Source of the DNA: Sphingobacteriia bacterium 24-36-13
GTDB lineage: Bacteria > Bacteroidota > Bacteroidia > Chitinophagales > Chitinophagaceae
Assembly: GCA_002281875.1 (NCBI GenBank)
Contig: NCHN01000017.1
Location: forward strand, 8,462-72,461
Reading direction: 5' to 3'
DNA length: 64,000 nucleotides
Both the position numbers and the translations under genes were made by a program. Positions 38,773 to 47,860 of this stretch are shown here, piece after piece; position 1 is the first letter of the stretch; each line of letters starts with the position of its first letter. The notes beneath the pieces were generated by a model. The model searched no databases, was not told the DNA's origin, and saw nothing but the letters and a program-made list of their open reading frames with translations.

Positions 38773-39282
38773 ATGGAAAAGAAGTTAGAGAAGAAATGGT
38801 ATGCAGTTTATACCAAACCCAGATGGGAAAAGAAGATTGATTCTGTTCTTGTTCGAAAAGGGATAGAAAGTTGGTGTCCACTGCAAAAAGTAGAAAGACA
38901 ATGGACTGATAGAAAAAAAATAATTGAAGAGCCTCTTTTTAAATCATACGTATTTGTTTACATTGATGATACAGAACGATCTAAAGTTTTGATGACTGAT
39001 GGGGCTTTAAACTTTGTATATTATTTAGGCAAACCTGCAGTTATTAAGGAGGATGAAATCAATAATATAAAAGCCTATTTGTCTGAGAAAGATGCAAAAA
39101 TAACCATCATTTCTGATAAAGGTTTTTCAACAGGTGACCTAATAAAAGTGAATTATGGGGTATTCATGGATAAAGAAGGGACTGTAATTAGAGGAGGGAA
39201 GAAAAAGGTATATGTTGAACTTCAGAGCCTAGGACAGGTAATGATTGTGGAATTTCCTGCAGTTTTCCTTACACCTAAATAG
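38773..39282 (+). CDS. UpxY-family (NusG-like) transcription antitermination protein
   Basis: 169 aa, KKWYAVYTKPRWEKK NGN-domain start, C-terminal KOW-like GDLIKVNYGVFMDKEGTV. Confidence 0.75.
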   Translation: MEKKLEKKWYAVYTKPRWEKKIDSVLVRKGIESWCPLQKVERQWTDRKKIIEEPLFKSYVFVYIDDTERSKVLMTDGALNFVYYLGKPAVIKEDEINNIKAYLSEKDAKITIISDKGFSTGDLIKVNYGVFMDKEGTVIRGGKKKVYVELQSLGQVMIVEFPAVFLTPK

Positions 39283-40552
39283 TCCAATCAACCAATTGGT
39301 TTGCCCATTCATTTCTGTAAGGTGTGCTGATTCTAATATAATTATCAGTATACCCTTCCATCATGCCTTCTTTGTTATAGGCTTCAAATAAAACAGATCT
39401 TATTGTGCCACTATGTTGATGAGAAAAAAATTGCTGCTTCATATAAGAAAGGTTTCGCAAAGTTTTATTTCGCTCATTTCTAATATGAATAGGTATCACT
39501 GGAGTTATTTCTAGCGCTTTAGTATGGTCTCTTTCAGAATAAGTAAATACATGTAAATAAGACACATCCAGTGAATGAATAAAATCAAATGTTTCTTTAA
39601 AATCTTCCTCTGTTTCACCAGGGAATCCAACAATTACATCAACCCCAATAGAAGCATGCGGCATTAACTGTTTTATTAATGCAACACGTTCAGCATATAA
39701 TTCTCTTTTATACCTTCTGCGCATGAGTCCTAAAATTTTATTGGATCCACTTTGCAAAGGGATATGAAAATGTGGCATAAATTGATCGCTTGTTGAAACC
39801 CATTCAATCAATTCATTGGTGATTAAATTGGGCTCTATAGAAGAAATACGATATCTCTTAATACCAGAAACAGCATCTAATGCCTTAACAAGATCTAAGA
39901 AATTTTCTCCATTCACTTTGTCGCCATGTGCACCCTTTCCAAAATCACCTAAATTCACCCCAGTCAAAACAATTTCTTTAACGCCTTCTGAAGCCAAAAG
40001 ATTAGCATTTGCAACTACATTGCTAATAGTATCACTTCTGCTTTTCCCTCGGGCCATTGGTATGGTGCAAAAAGAACAGTTGTAATCGCATCCGTCTTGT
40101 ACTTTTAAAAATGTTCTGGTTCTATCGTTTTGTGAAAATGAAGCATTAAATCCAGTTACATCGGCAATATCACAACTACAAATTTTTGCAGGGTCGTTTG
40201 TTTTGGTAAGTGCCTTAATATGTTCAGTAATATTAAATTTTTCCGCAGCACCTAAAACAAGATCTACGCCTGGTATTGAAGCAATTTCTGCTGGTTTTAA
40301 TTGTGCATAGCAGCCAGTAATGATGACAAAACTATCGGGAGATTTACGTTGAATTCTTCTAACTAATTGTCTGCACTCTTTGTCTGCATTATCGGTAACA
40401 GAGCAAGTATTTATAACATAAACGTCCGCGGAATCGGTAAAATCCTTTTTTTCAAAGCCTTCTTTTTCCATAATTCTAGAAATAGTAGAGGTTTCTGAAA
40501 AATTGAGTTTACATCCAAGCGTATGAAATGCTACTGTTTGTTTCTGATTCAT
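39275..40552 (-). CDS. mtaB: Radical-SAM methylthiotransferase, MtaB type (ms2t6A37 tRNA modification)
   Basis: 425 aa, N-terminal VAFHTLGCKLNFSET (MTTase domain) and GCDYNCSFCTIP radical-SAM CxxxCxxC. Confidence 0.75.
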   Translation of the reverse strand: MNQKQTVAFHTLGCKLNFSETSTISRIMEKEGFEKKDFTDSADVYVINTCSVTDNADKECRQLVRRIQRKSPDSFVIITGCYAQLKPAEIASIPGVDLVLGAAEKFNITEHIKALTKTNDPAKICSCDIADVTGFNASFSQNDRTRTFLKVQDGCDYNCSFCTIPMARGKSRSDTISNVVANANLLASEGVKEIVLTGVNLGDFGKGAHGDKVNGENFLDLVKALDAVSGIKRYRISSIEPNLITNELIEWVSTSDQFMPHFHIPLQSGSNKILGLMRRRYKRELYAERVALIKQLMPHASIGVDVIVGFPGETEEDFKETFDFIHSLDVSYLHVFTYSERDHTKALEITPVIPIHIRNERNKTLRNLSYMKQQFFSHQHSGTIRSVLFEAYNKEGMMEGYTDNYIRISTPYRNEWANQLVDWTI

Positions 40553-40738
40553 TCAAACACAAAGTTAATACAGCAATCCCAAAAATCATTCAATGAAGGG
40601 TCTTCTAGTTCGTTTAACTGTAAATATGGTCATTATATGGCTGTAAAAACTTTCTTAAATCTCACGAAACAGCCCATTCTATTTCAAATTTTACCTATAA
40701 TCAACTATGTTTGTCCCTCTTTAAAAACCAAAACAAAT

Positions 40739-43700
40739 ATGCAGTTTAATAAGATCAATAACATTACGGGTTGGTTGGTTTTCATAGTTGCCAGCGCAGT
40801 GTATACCCTTACTGCCGAAGCTGGAGGAAGCTTATGGGATTGTGGTGAATTTGTAAGTAGTTGTTTTAAGCTACAAATACCTCATCCACCAGGAGCCCCT
40901 TTGTTTGTTATTTTAGGTAGAATATTTATTATTTTATTTGGGGATGATCCAATGAGTGCTGCAAAAGCAGTGAATATGATGAGTGCGATTGCAAGTGCAT
41001 TTACCATTTTGTTTCTATTCTGGACTATTACTCATTTTGCCCGCAGAATTATTAATATCAAAACAACCGATACTCCAAACAGTTATCAAGTTTGGAGTAT
41101 TATGGGGGCTGGCGTTGTAGGCGCATTAGCTTATACATTTAGTGATTCATTTTGGTATAGTGCAGTTGAGGGTGAAGTATATGCACTGTCTTCTTTTTTT
41201 ACTGCTATTGTTTTTTGGGCTATACTAAAATGGGAAAACCATGCGGATGAACCAGGTGCCGACCGCTGGATTGTATTTATATTTTTCATGATGGGATTGT
41301 CTATTGGAGTTCACTTATTAAACCTTTTGACTATTCCAGCAATTGTAATGGTTTATTATTTTAGAAAGAGAGAAAGCTTTAATTATGAATTAATTCGTTC
41401 TTGGTTTATTAAGATTGTCTCTATTGGCGGGGGGCTTGCTTTTATTGCTGCCCTTGTAGGTGCTGCAGCTGAAGCTACTGATAATGTACCAATGGATGGA
41501 ACCATCGGAGGATTAATGATATTGGCCACAATTGTTGGGGTTGGTTTATTATTTATTATAGAAAAATGGAAGCCAGCTCAAAAAGCTTATTATGGGGGCG
41601 TTTATATTTTCTTTGTTATAGGTTGCGTAATTACAGGTGCTGTTCAGGTTGGTGTTATACAATATTCTATCAAATTGGCTGGTTCTTTTGATAGATGGAT
41701 GGTAAACGGTGCTGGAATGCCTTTCTTTAGTGGATTCACACTGTTCTTTGTTTTGGTTGCTGCATTATTATGGTATGGATTAAAGTTGGCTTCTAAAAAA
41801 GCATGGCCTTATTTAACATTATCTATTTGGTGCATCAGCTTTATGTTTATTGGCTACAGTACTTATTTAACAACCATGATTAGAAGCAGTGCTAATCCTT
41901 CCGTGGATATGTACAATGTAGATAATCCAATGAGTTTAGTTGGGTACTTGGGTCGTGAGCAATATGGTGATTTCCCATTGTTATATGGTCAAAAATTCAC
42001 TGCTCAACCTGTTGATTTAAAAAATACGGGAATGCGCTATCAAAAAGCCCGTGATAAATATATTGAAGTTGGTCAGGATAAGAAATATGTGTATAATCCC
42101 GAAGATAAAATGTTGTTCCCAAGGGTTTGGGATGCAAGTGATGATCAATACCATGCTTACTACTATTCTGCATTTTTGAATATTCCTAAATTAAAAGATG
42201 GCACTTACGAACGTGCCCCCAACCAAGTAGACAACGTTAAATTCTTTGTAGGTTATCAAGTTTACTGGATGTATTTCCGCTATTTTATGTGGAATTTTTC
42301 TGGTAAGCAAAATGATATTCAAGGCGTTTACACAGGGAATGTTCGCGATGGTAACTGGATTACTGGTATTTCATTTGTTGACAATTTAATTTATGGAGAC
42401 CAATCTCAACTACCTGATTCACTTAAGAATAATAAGGCGAATAACAAATTATTTGCCTTACCATTCATCTTAGGCATTTTAGGTTTTGTATACCACCGTA
42501 GAAAAAGAGGAGATGATGCATTTGCCAATTTATTGATGTTCTTTTTTACAGGTTTTGCAATCGTATTATATTTAAATCAAGCAGGTAATCAGCCGCGTGA
42601 GCGAGATTATGCTTATGTAGGAAGTTTCTATGCATTTGCCGTTTGGATAGGATTGGGCGTTATGGCAGTTATTTCTTTTTTAGAGAAAAAAATGAAACCA
42701 GCAGTCGCAGCCTCTTTGGCAACTTTTATTTGTTTGCTTGCTGTTCCTGCATTAATGGCGCAGCAAGAATGGGACGACCATGATAGGAGCAAGAAGGTTT
42801 TAGCTCGTGATTTAGCACGTGATTACTTAGAGAGTTGTGCACCCAACGCCATCTTATTTACTTTTGGTGACAATGATACTTATCCATTATGGTACGCGCA
42901 GGAAGTAGAAGGTATTAGACCTGATATTCGCGTAATCAATTACAGCTTATTAGGGATAGATTGGTATATCAATGAAATGAGGTACAAAGTAAATGAGAGC
43001 GCACCAATTGACGTAATCTGGTCGGCAGAACAAATTGAAGGTGGTAAAAGAGATTATGCATTGTATCGCCCTAAACCGAATATTCCAGAAGATCGCTACT
43101 ACGACTTATATGATTTAATGAAGAATTACGTAGGCAGTGACGATCCAATCAATATGGAAGACAGAGGGAATGGGGAAGCATTAAGCACTTTCCCTGTTAG
43201 AAAGTTTTCTGTTCCAGTAGATAAAGCACAGGTGTTTGCTAACAAAACAGTAAACGCCAACGATAGCGTGGTTGCTGAATTAAGATTTGAATTGCCAAAG
43301 AGTTCAATGATGAAAAATGATATGGCTGTTTTAAATATCATTGCAGCGAACAAGTGGAATCGTCCTATTTATTTTACCAATCCTCAAGTAGACTTAGGCT
43401 TTGATGAGTTCCTAAGAAGAGACGGGCTAAGTCATAGACTGGTTCCTGTTCAAAGCTCTAAAGTAAATACCGATTGGATGATGTCTAAAGCCATGAACGT
43501 TTTTGCGGCCGGAAATGCGAATGTAAAAGGCGTGTATTTCGATGAAGAGAACAGAAGGCATTTAAATAGTATCAGAACTGCTTATACCGAATTAGCAATT
43601 GACTTAGCTTCAAAAGGAAGAAAAGATGATGCTAAAAAGGTTTTACAAAAAGTAGACCAACTAATGGATGAAGAAAATTTCCCTTATGGCATGGTAAGTC

Positions 43701-43981
43701 GAGGTAATATGCATAATAGAAATACATTGATGTTCTTAGAAGCATGTTATATGGCAGAAGATAAGGGCTTAATTGAAAAAGTAGCTGCTTCTGTTGGTAA
43801 AGATCTTCAGCAACAGATTAGATATTATAATTCACTTACTGGAAAGAAAGCTGAGTTAATGGAAGATGAAAAACGAATTGCAGAAGGATATATGGAAGGA
43901 ATGGAAAGAATGAAGTCGGTGTACAATCCAGCCATTCAAATTCCTGGTAAATTGATGGCCCCAAGGGATAGTAGTAAATAG
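40739..43981 (+). CDS. DUF2723 family polytopic membrane protein (predicted lipid-linked glycosyltransferase-like) with a large C-terminal soluble domain
   Basis: Starts MQFNKINNITGWLVF. Has SLWDCGEF..IPHPPGAPLF, typical of DUF2723, and many TM helices over about 650 aa. The track ORF (40523) has a 72-aa upstream extension that I reject. Confidence 0.7.
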   Translation: MQFNKINNITGWLVFIVASAVYTLTAEAGGSLWDCGEFVSSCFKLQIPHPPGAPLFVILGRIFIILFGDDPMSAAKAVNMMSAIASAFTILFLFWTITHFARRIINIKTTDTPNSYQVWSIMGAGVVGALAYTFSDSFWYSAVEGEVYALSSFFTAIVFWAILKWENHADEPGADRWIVFIFFMMGLSIGVHLLNLLTIPAIVMVYYFRKRESFNYELIRSWFIKIVSIGGGLAFIAALVGAAAEATDNVPMDGTIGGLMILATIVGVGLLFIIEKWKPAQKAYYGGVYIFFVIGCVITGAVQVGVIQYSIKLAGSFDRWMVNGAGMPFFSGFTLFFVLVAALLWYGLKLASKKAWPYLTLSIWCISFMFIGYSTYLTTMIRSSANPSVDMYNVDNPMSLVGYLGREQYGDFPLLYGQKFTAQPVDLKNTGMRYQKARDKYIEVGQDKKYVYNPEDKMLFPRVWDASDDQYHAYYYSAFLNIPKLKDGTYERAPNQVDNVKFFVGYQVYWMYFRYFMWNFSGKQNDIQGVYTGNVRDGNWITGISFVDNLIYGDQSQLPDSLKNNKANNKLFALPFILGILGFVYHRRKRGDDAFANLLMFFFTGFAIVLYLNQAGNQPRERDYAYVGSFYAFAVWIGLGVMAVISFLEKKMKPAVAASLATFICLLAVPALMAQQEWDDHDRSKKVLARDLARDYLESCAPNAILFTFGDNDTYPLWYAQEVEGIRPDIRVINYSLLGIDWYINEMRYKVNESAPIDVIWSAEQIEGGKRDYALYRPKPNIPEDRYYDLYDLMKNYVGSDDPINMEDRGNGEALSTFPVRKFSVPVDKAQVFANKTVNANDSVVAELRFELPKSSMMKNDMAVLNIIAANKWNRPIYFTNPQVDLGFDEFLRRDGLSHRLVPVQSSKVNTDWMMSKAMNVFAAGNANVKGVYFDEENRRHLNSIRTAYTELAIDLASKGRKDDAKKVLQKVDQLMDEENFPYGMVSRGNMHNRNTLMFLEACYMAEDKGLIEKVAASVGKDLQQQIRYYNSLTGKKAELMEDEKRIAEGYMEGMERMKSVYNPAIQIPGKLMAPRDSSK

Positions 43982-44001
43982 ATTTTAAAAAGAGTATATT
44001 G

Positions 44002-44032
44002 AATCGTCCCGAATTTCGGGGCGATTTTTTTT
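44002..44032 (+). terminator. Intrinsic terminator after the DUF2723 gene
   Basis: AATCGTCCCG (44002-44011) / AATTT / CGGGGCGATT, with one G-U pair, followed by T8 (44025-44032). Confidence 0.8.
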
Positions 44033-44066
44033 GAACTTAATCGATTTATTACTGTTATCTTATATT

Positions 44067-45164
44067 ATGATTGGCCACCAATTTTTTTCTTATAACCCAA
44101 ATCAAAACGGCAAAACAAAATTTGAACAATTGCTAGATATTTTCATGCAATTGCTCACTTATACAAGTGGCGACGCAGCAGAATCTTTGAGTTGGATGAA
44201 TGAATTGGATAAGCAATACCATTTTACTGATCAAGAGTATGGTATGGGCGATTTTATTGAAGACCTCAAGCAAAACGGATACCTAAAAGAAGACCCATCC
44301 AATGGAGATTTTAGCATAACTGGTAAGTCGGAACAAACAATTAGAAAGAAAAGTTTAGAAGAGATTTTCGGGAAATTGAAGAAAGCTGGTAAAGGCAATC
44401 ACCAGACATTTAAACCTGGTCAAGGGGATGAAGTGAATTCTGATACTAGACCATTCCAGTTTGGTGATATGTTAGAGCAGATTGATTTTACGGAGAGTAT
44501 CAGAAATGCACAAATTAATAGGGGAGTAGAGGCATTCTCGATGCATGAAGATGATTTGCAAATTAGAGAAGCCGATTTCAAAACACAAACTTCTACTGTG
44601 TTAATGATTGATATCTCTCATTCCATGATATTATATGGAGAAGATAGAATAACGCCTGCAAAGAAAGTGGCTATGGCATTGTGTGAATTAATCACTACTA
44701 AATATCCTAAAGACACCATAGACATCGTGGTTTTTGGAAATGATGCATGGAGCATTGAAATGAAAGACCTAACGTATTTAAAAGTAGGACCCTATCATAC
44801 CAATACTGTTGCCGGATTAGAGTTAGCGATGGACTTACTTAGAAGAAGGAAAAATCCAAATAAGCAAATTTTCATGATTACCGATGGTAAGCCCACTTGT
44901 TTAAAAATTGGCAAGCAGTATTATAAAAATAGTTTTGGGCTAGACAGAAAAGTGGTGAATCGTTGCATCAATTTAGCTGCTCAATGTAAAAAATTAAAGA
45001 TTCCTATCACCACATTCATGATTGCTTCAGATCCTTATTTGCAGCAGTTTGTACAAGAATTCACCGAAATGAATAATGGCAAAGCTTATTTTGCTTCATT
45101 AGATAAGTTAGGTGCATTTATATTCAAAGATTTTGAAAGCGGAAAAAGAAAAACAGTTTATTAA
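44067..45164 (+). CDS. von Willebrand factor A (vWA) domain protein with MIDAS motif
   Basis: VLMIDISHSM (DxSxS MIDAS) ... IFMITDGKPT. I prefer the ATG at 44067, because the TTG at 44031 lies inside the preceding terminator's T-run. Confidence 0.8.
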   Translation: MIGHQFFSYNPNQNGKTKFEQLLDIFMQLLTYTSGDAAESLSWMNELDKQYHFTDQEYGMGDFIEDLKQNGYLKEDPSNGDFSITGKSEQTIRKKSLEEIFGKLKKAGKGNHQTFKPGQGDEVNSDTRPFQFGDMLEQIDFTESIRNAQINRGVEAFSMHEDDLQIREADFKTQTSTVLMIDISHSMILYGEDRITPAKKVAMALCELITTKYPKDTIDIVVFGNDAWSIEMKDLTYLKVGPYHTNTVAGLELAMDLLRRRKNPNKQIFMITDGKPTCLKIGKQYYKNSFGLDRKVVNRCINLAAQCKKLKIPITTFMIASDPYLQQFVQEFTEMNNGKAYFASLDKLGAFIFKDFESGKRKTVY

Positions 45165-45166
45165 AA

Positions 45167-46717
45167 ATGAAAAAAGCAAAAATAGCTCAATACGATTCTA
45201 TTTATAATTTAGGGCAACTGAAAGCTAGTGGGTATCAATCCAAATCGGTTAAAGTAGAAGTGAGAAATAATCTCATTAGAACCATACAAGAAAAAGAAAA
45301 TCCTTTTGTTGGTATTATGGGATATGAAGATACGGTTATACCAGATACAGAAAGGGCTTTATTGAGTCAACATAATATTTTGTTTTTAGGTTTAAGAGGT
45401 CAAGCCAAAACCAGGATGGCGAGACAAATGATTGATTTGTTAGACGAGTATATTCCTGTAATTGCTGGTTCAGAAGTAAATGATGATCCCTTTAAACCAT
45501 TGAGTAGGTATGCCCATGATTTGATTGCGGAAAAAGGAGATGATACACCTATCGAATGGGTACATCGCACAGCACGTTATGGAGAAAAGTTGGCTACGCC
45601 AGATGTGAGTGTGGCAGATTTAATTGGAGACATTGATCCCATTAAAGCAGCCAATTTGAAGTTGAGTTTCTCAGATGAAAAAGTAATCCATTATGGAATT
45701 ATACCAAGAAGCAATCGAGGTATTTTTGTAATTAATGAATTGCCTGATTTGCAAGCTAGAATTCAAGTGGCTTTATTCAATATTTTACAAGAGGGCGATA
45801 TTCAAATCAGGGGATTCAAATTAAGAATGCCTTTAGATATTTTATTTGTGTTCACCGCGAATCCAGAAGATTATACCAATCGCGGAAGTATCGTTACTCC
45901 ATTGAAGGACCGAATTGAAAGCCAAATACTCACACACTATCCCAAAAATATAGAAACTTCATTGGCTATTACGGAACAGGAAGCCAATATATTGCCTGCA
46001 CAAAAAGAAAGGGTCAATATCAGTGATTTAGTAAAACGCATCATTGAGCAAGTAGCTTTTGAAGCTAGGTCTAATGAATATGTAGATAGAAAGAGTGGGG
46101 TAAGTGCAAGGCTAACCATTGCCGCCTTAGAAAATGCGGTTAGTAGTGCTGAACGCAGAGCCATCATACACAATGAAACATCTACACAGGTTTGGATTAG
46201 TGATTTAACAGGTATCATTCCTGCCATTACTGGTAAAATAGAATTGGTATATGAAGGGGAGCAAGAAGGGCCTTATCAGGTTGCAGTGAACTTGATAGAT
46301 AAATCGGTAAGAAATTTATTTATTCAATTTTTCCCGAATCCTGAACAAGCTAAAAAAAGAAGAAATACAGGTAAGAAATCTACGGAAGAAGTAGCTGTAA
46401 ACGAGAATCCATATAAAATGATTACTCGTTGGTTCGATGGGGGTAACCATATAGAGTTGCTATTAGATATGAAAGATGCTGCAAAAATTGAAACCCTGTA
46501 TCAGGTAGACGGGTTGTATGCATTGGTTAAAAAGCACTATCCACATGCGAATGCAAATGAAAATGCATTGCTCATGGAATTTGTTTTACACGGATTGGCG
46601 GCCTACTCAATGATTAGTAAAAAATCAATTGATGGCAAATTAAGCTTCAACGATTTGATGGGAAGTATGATGAATTTTGAAAATTTAGGAACAGAAGAAG
46701 AAGAGGAAGATATTTAA
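45167..46717 (+). CDS. ChlI/BchI-like AAA+ protein with non-canonical Walker A/B, partner of the upstream vWA protein
   Basis: 516 aa. GLRGQAKT at the Walker A position, NRGIFVINELPDL at the Walker B position, acidic C-terminus EEEEEDI. 2-nt gap after the vWA gene. Confidence 0.7.
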   Translation: MKKAKIAQYDSIYNLGQLKASGYQSKSVKVEVRNNLIRTIQEKENPFVGIMGYEDTVIPDTERALLSQHNILFLGLRGQAKTRMARQMIDLLDEYIPVIAGSEVNDDPFKPLSRYAHDLIAEKGDDTPIEWVHRTARYGEKLATPDVSVADLIGDIDPIKAANLKLSFSDEKVIHYGIIPRSNRGIFVINELPDLQARIQVALFNILQEGDIQIRGFKLRMPLDILFVFTANPEDYTNRGSIVTPLKDRIESQILTHYPKNIETSLAITEQEANILPAQKERVNISDLVKRIIEQVAFEARSNEYVDRKSGVSARLTIAALENAVSSAERRAIIHNETSTQVWISDLTGIIPAITGKIELVYEGEQEGPYQVAVNLIDKSVRNLFIQFFPNPEQAKKRRNTGKKSTEEVAVNENPYKMITRWFDGGNHIELLLDMKDAAKIETLYQVDGLYALVKKHYPHANANENALLMEFVLHGLAAYSMISKKSIDGKLSFNDLMGSMMNFENLGTEEEEEDI

Positions 46718-47841
46718 ATCAGTTCTTTTAATTTTTCTACTACTGCATCAATTTCCGACTTGGTATTGTGTTTGCTAAAGCTGAATCGAACTGTAACTTG
46801 GTTGGGGTTATTATTTATAGCTCTAATAACATGAGACCCTTGATCCGCGCCACTGGTGCATGCGCTACCACCGCTTGCGCAAATATTATTGATGTCAAGG
46901 TTGAATAAAATCATTTCACTTTTTTCTGTTTTAGGGAAGCTAACACTTAAAACAGCATATAAGGATTTACCTGTAGGATCACCATTAAAAGTAATGCCTT
47001 TAATATTTTTATTAAGTTGATTCATCATATAATGCTTCAACTCAGTAATATAATTACTATCATTTTCATAGTTAGTAGTTGCTAATTCAAGCGCTTTAGC
47101 AAAACCCACAATGCCATACAAATTTTCGGTGCCAGCACGCATATTTCTTTCCTGGCTACCACCATGTACGTAAGGTTTAATCTTTACATTTTCATTAATG
47201 TATAACATTCCAACACCTTTAGGGCCGTGGAATTTATGTCCAGCACCAGTTATAAAGTGAACAGGTGTATTTCTTAAATTAAATGGGAAATGCCCCACTG
47301 TTTGAACAGTATCAGAATGGAAAATGGCATTGTATTTTTTGCAAAGATCTCCAACTGCATGAATATCTAACATATTACCGATTTCATTATTGGCATGCAT
47401 CAGTGTTACCAAACATTTTTCTTCACTATTTGCTAGCAAAGATTCTAAATCGGTAAGGTCAATATGTCCATTGGGTAAAAGCTTTACATAACTTAAAGCA
47501 GCTTCTCCATTTTGATATAAATATTCAATTGTATGACTTGTTGCATGGTGTTCAATAGAAGAACTAATGATATGTTTGCATCCTAGGTCTCTCACCGATG
47601 CAGTGATGGCCATATTACTGCTTTCGGTTCCGCCACTTGTAAAGAAAATTTCAGCAGGGTGGGCATTCAATATTTTGGCTACCGATTTTCTGGAATTTTC
47701 AATAGCCATTCTAGATTCTCTTCCATAAGAATAAATAGAGGAAGGGTTGCCAAAGTGTTTGGTTAAGTATGGCATCATGGCTTCTAATACTGCAGGGTCT
47801 AAAGAGGTAGTGGCTGCATTGTCTAGATAGATTCTTTCCAT
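46714..47841 (-). CDS. Cysteine desulfurase (class V aminotransferase, NifS/IscS-like)
   Basis: 375 aa, GAGHKFHGPKG (PLP lysine) and ASGGSACTSG (active-site Cys). Confidence 0.88.
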   Translation of the reverse strand: MERIYLDNAATTSLDPAVLEAMMPYLTKHFGNPSSIYSYGRESRMAIENSRKSVAKILNAHPAEIFFTSGGTESSNMAITASVRDLGCKHIISSSIEHHATSHTIEYLYQNGEAALSYVKLLPNGHIDLTDLESLLANSEEKCLVTLMHANNEIGNMLDIHAVGDLCKKYNAIFHSDTVQTVGHFPFNLRNTPVHFITGAGHKFHGPKGVGMLYINENVKIKPYVHGGSQERNMRAGTENLYGIVGFAKALELATTNYENDSNYITELKHYMMNQLNKNIKGITFNGDPTGKSLYAVLSVSFPKTEKSEMILFNLDINNICASGGSACTSGADQGSHVIRAINNNPNQVTVRFSFSKHNTKSEIDAVVEKLKELI

Positions 47842-47860
47842 AAAATCGGTTGTAAATTGA

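Noticed and set aside
40523-40738. 72-aa N-terminal extension of the DUF2723 ORF in the track
   Set aside because: The extension overlaps the mtaB start on the other strand and has no TM or signal character. The ATG at 40739 begins the conserved-looking MQFNKINNITGWLVF hydrophobic N-terminus.
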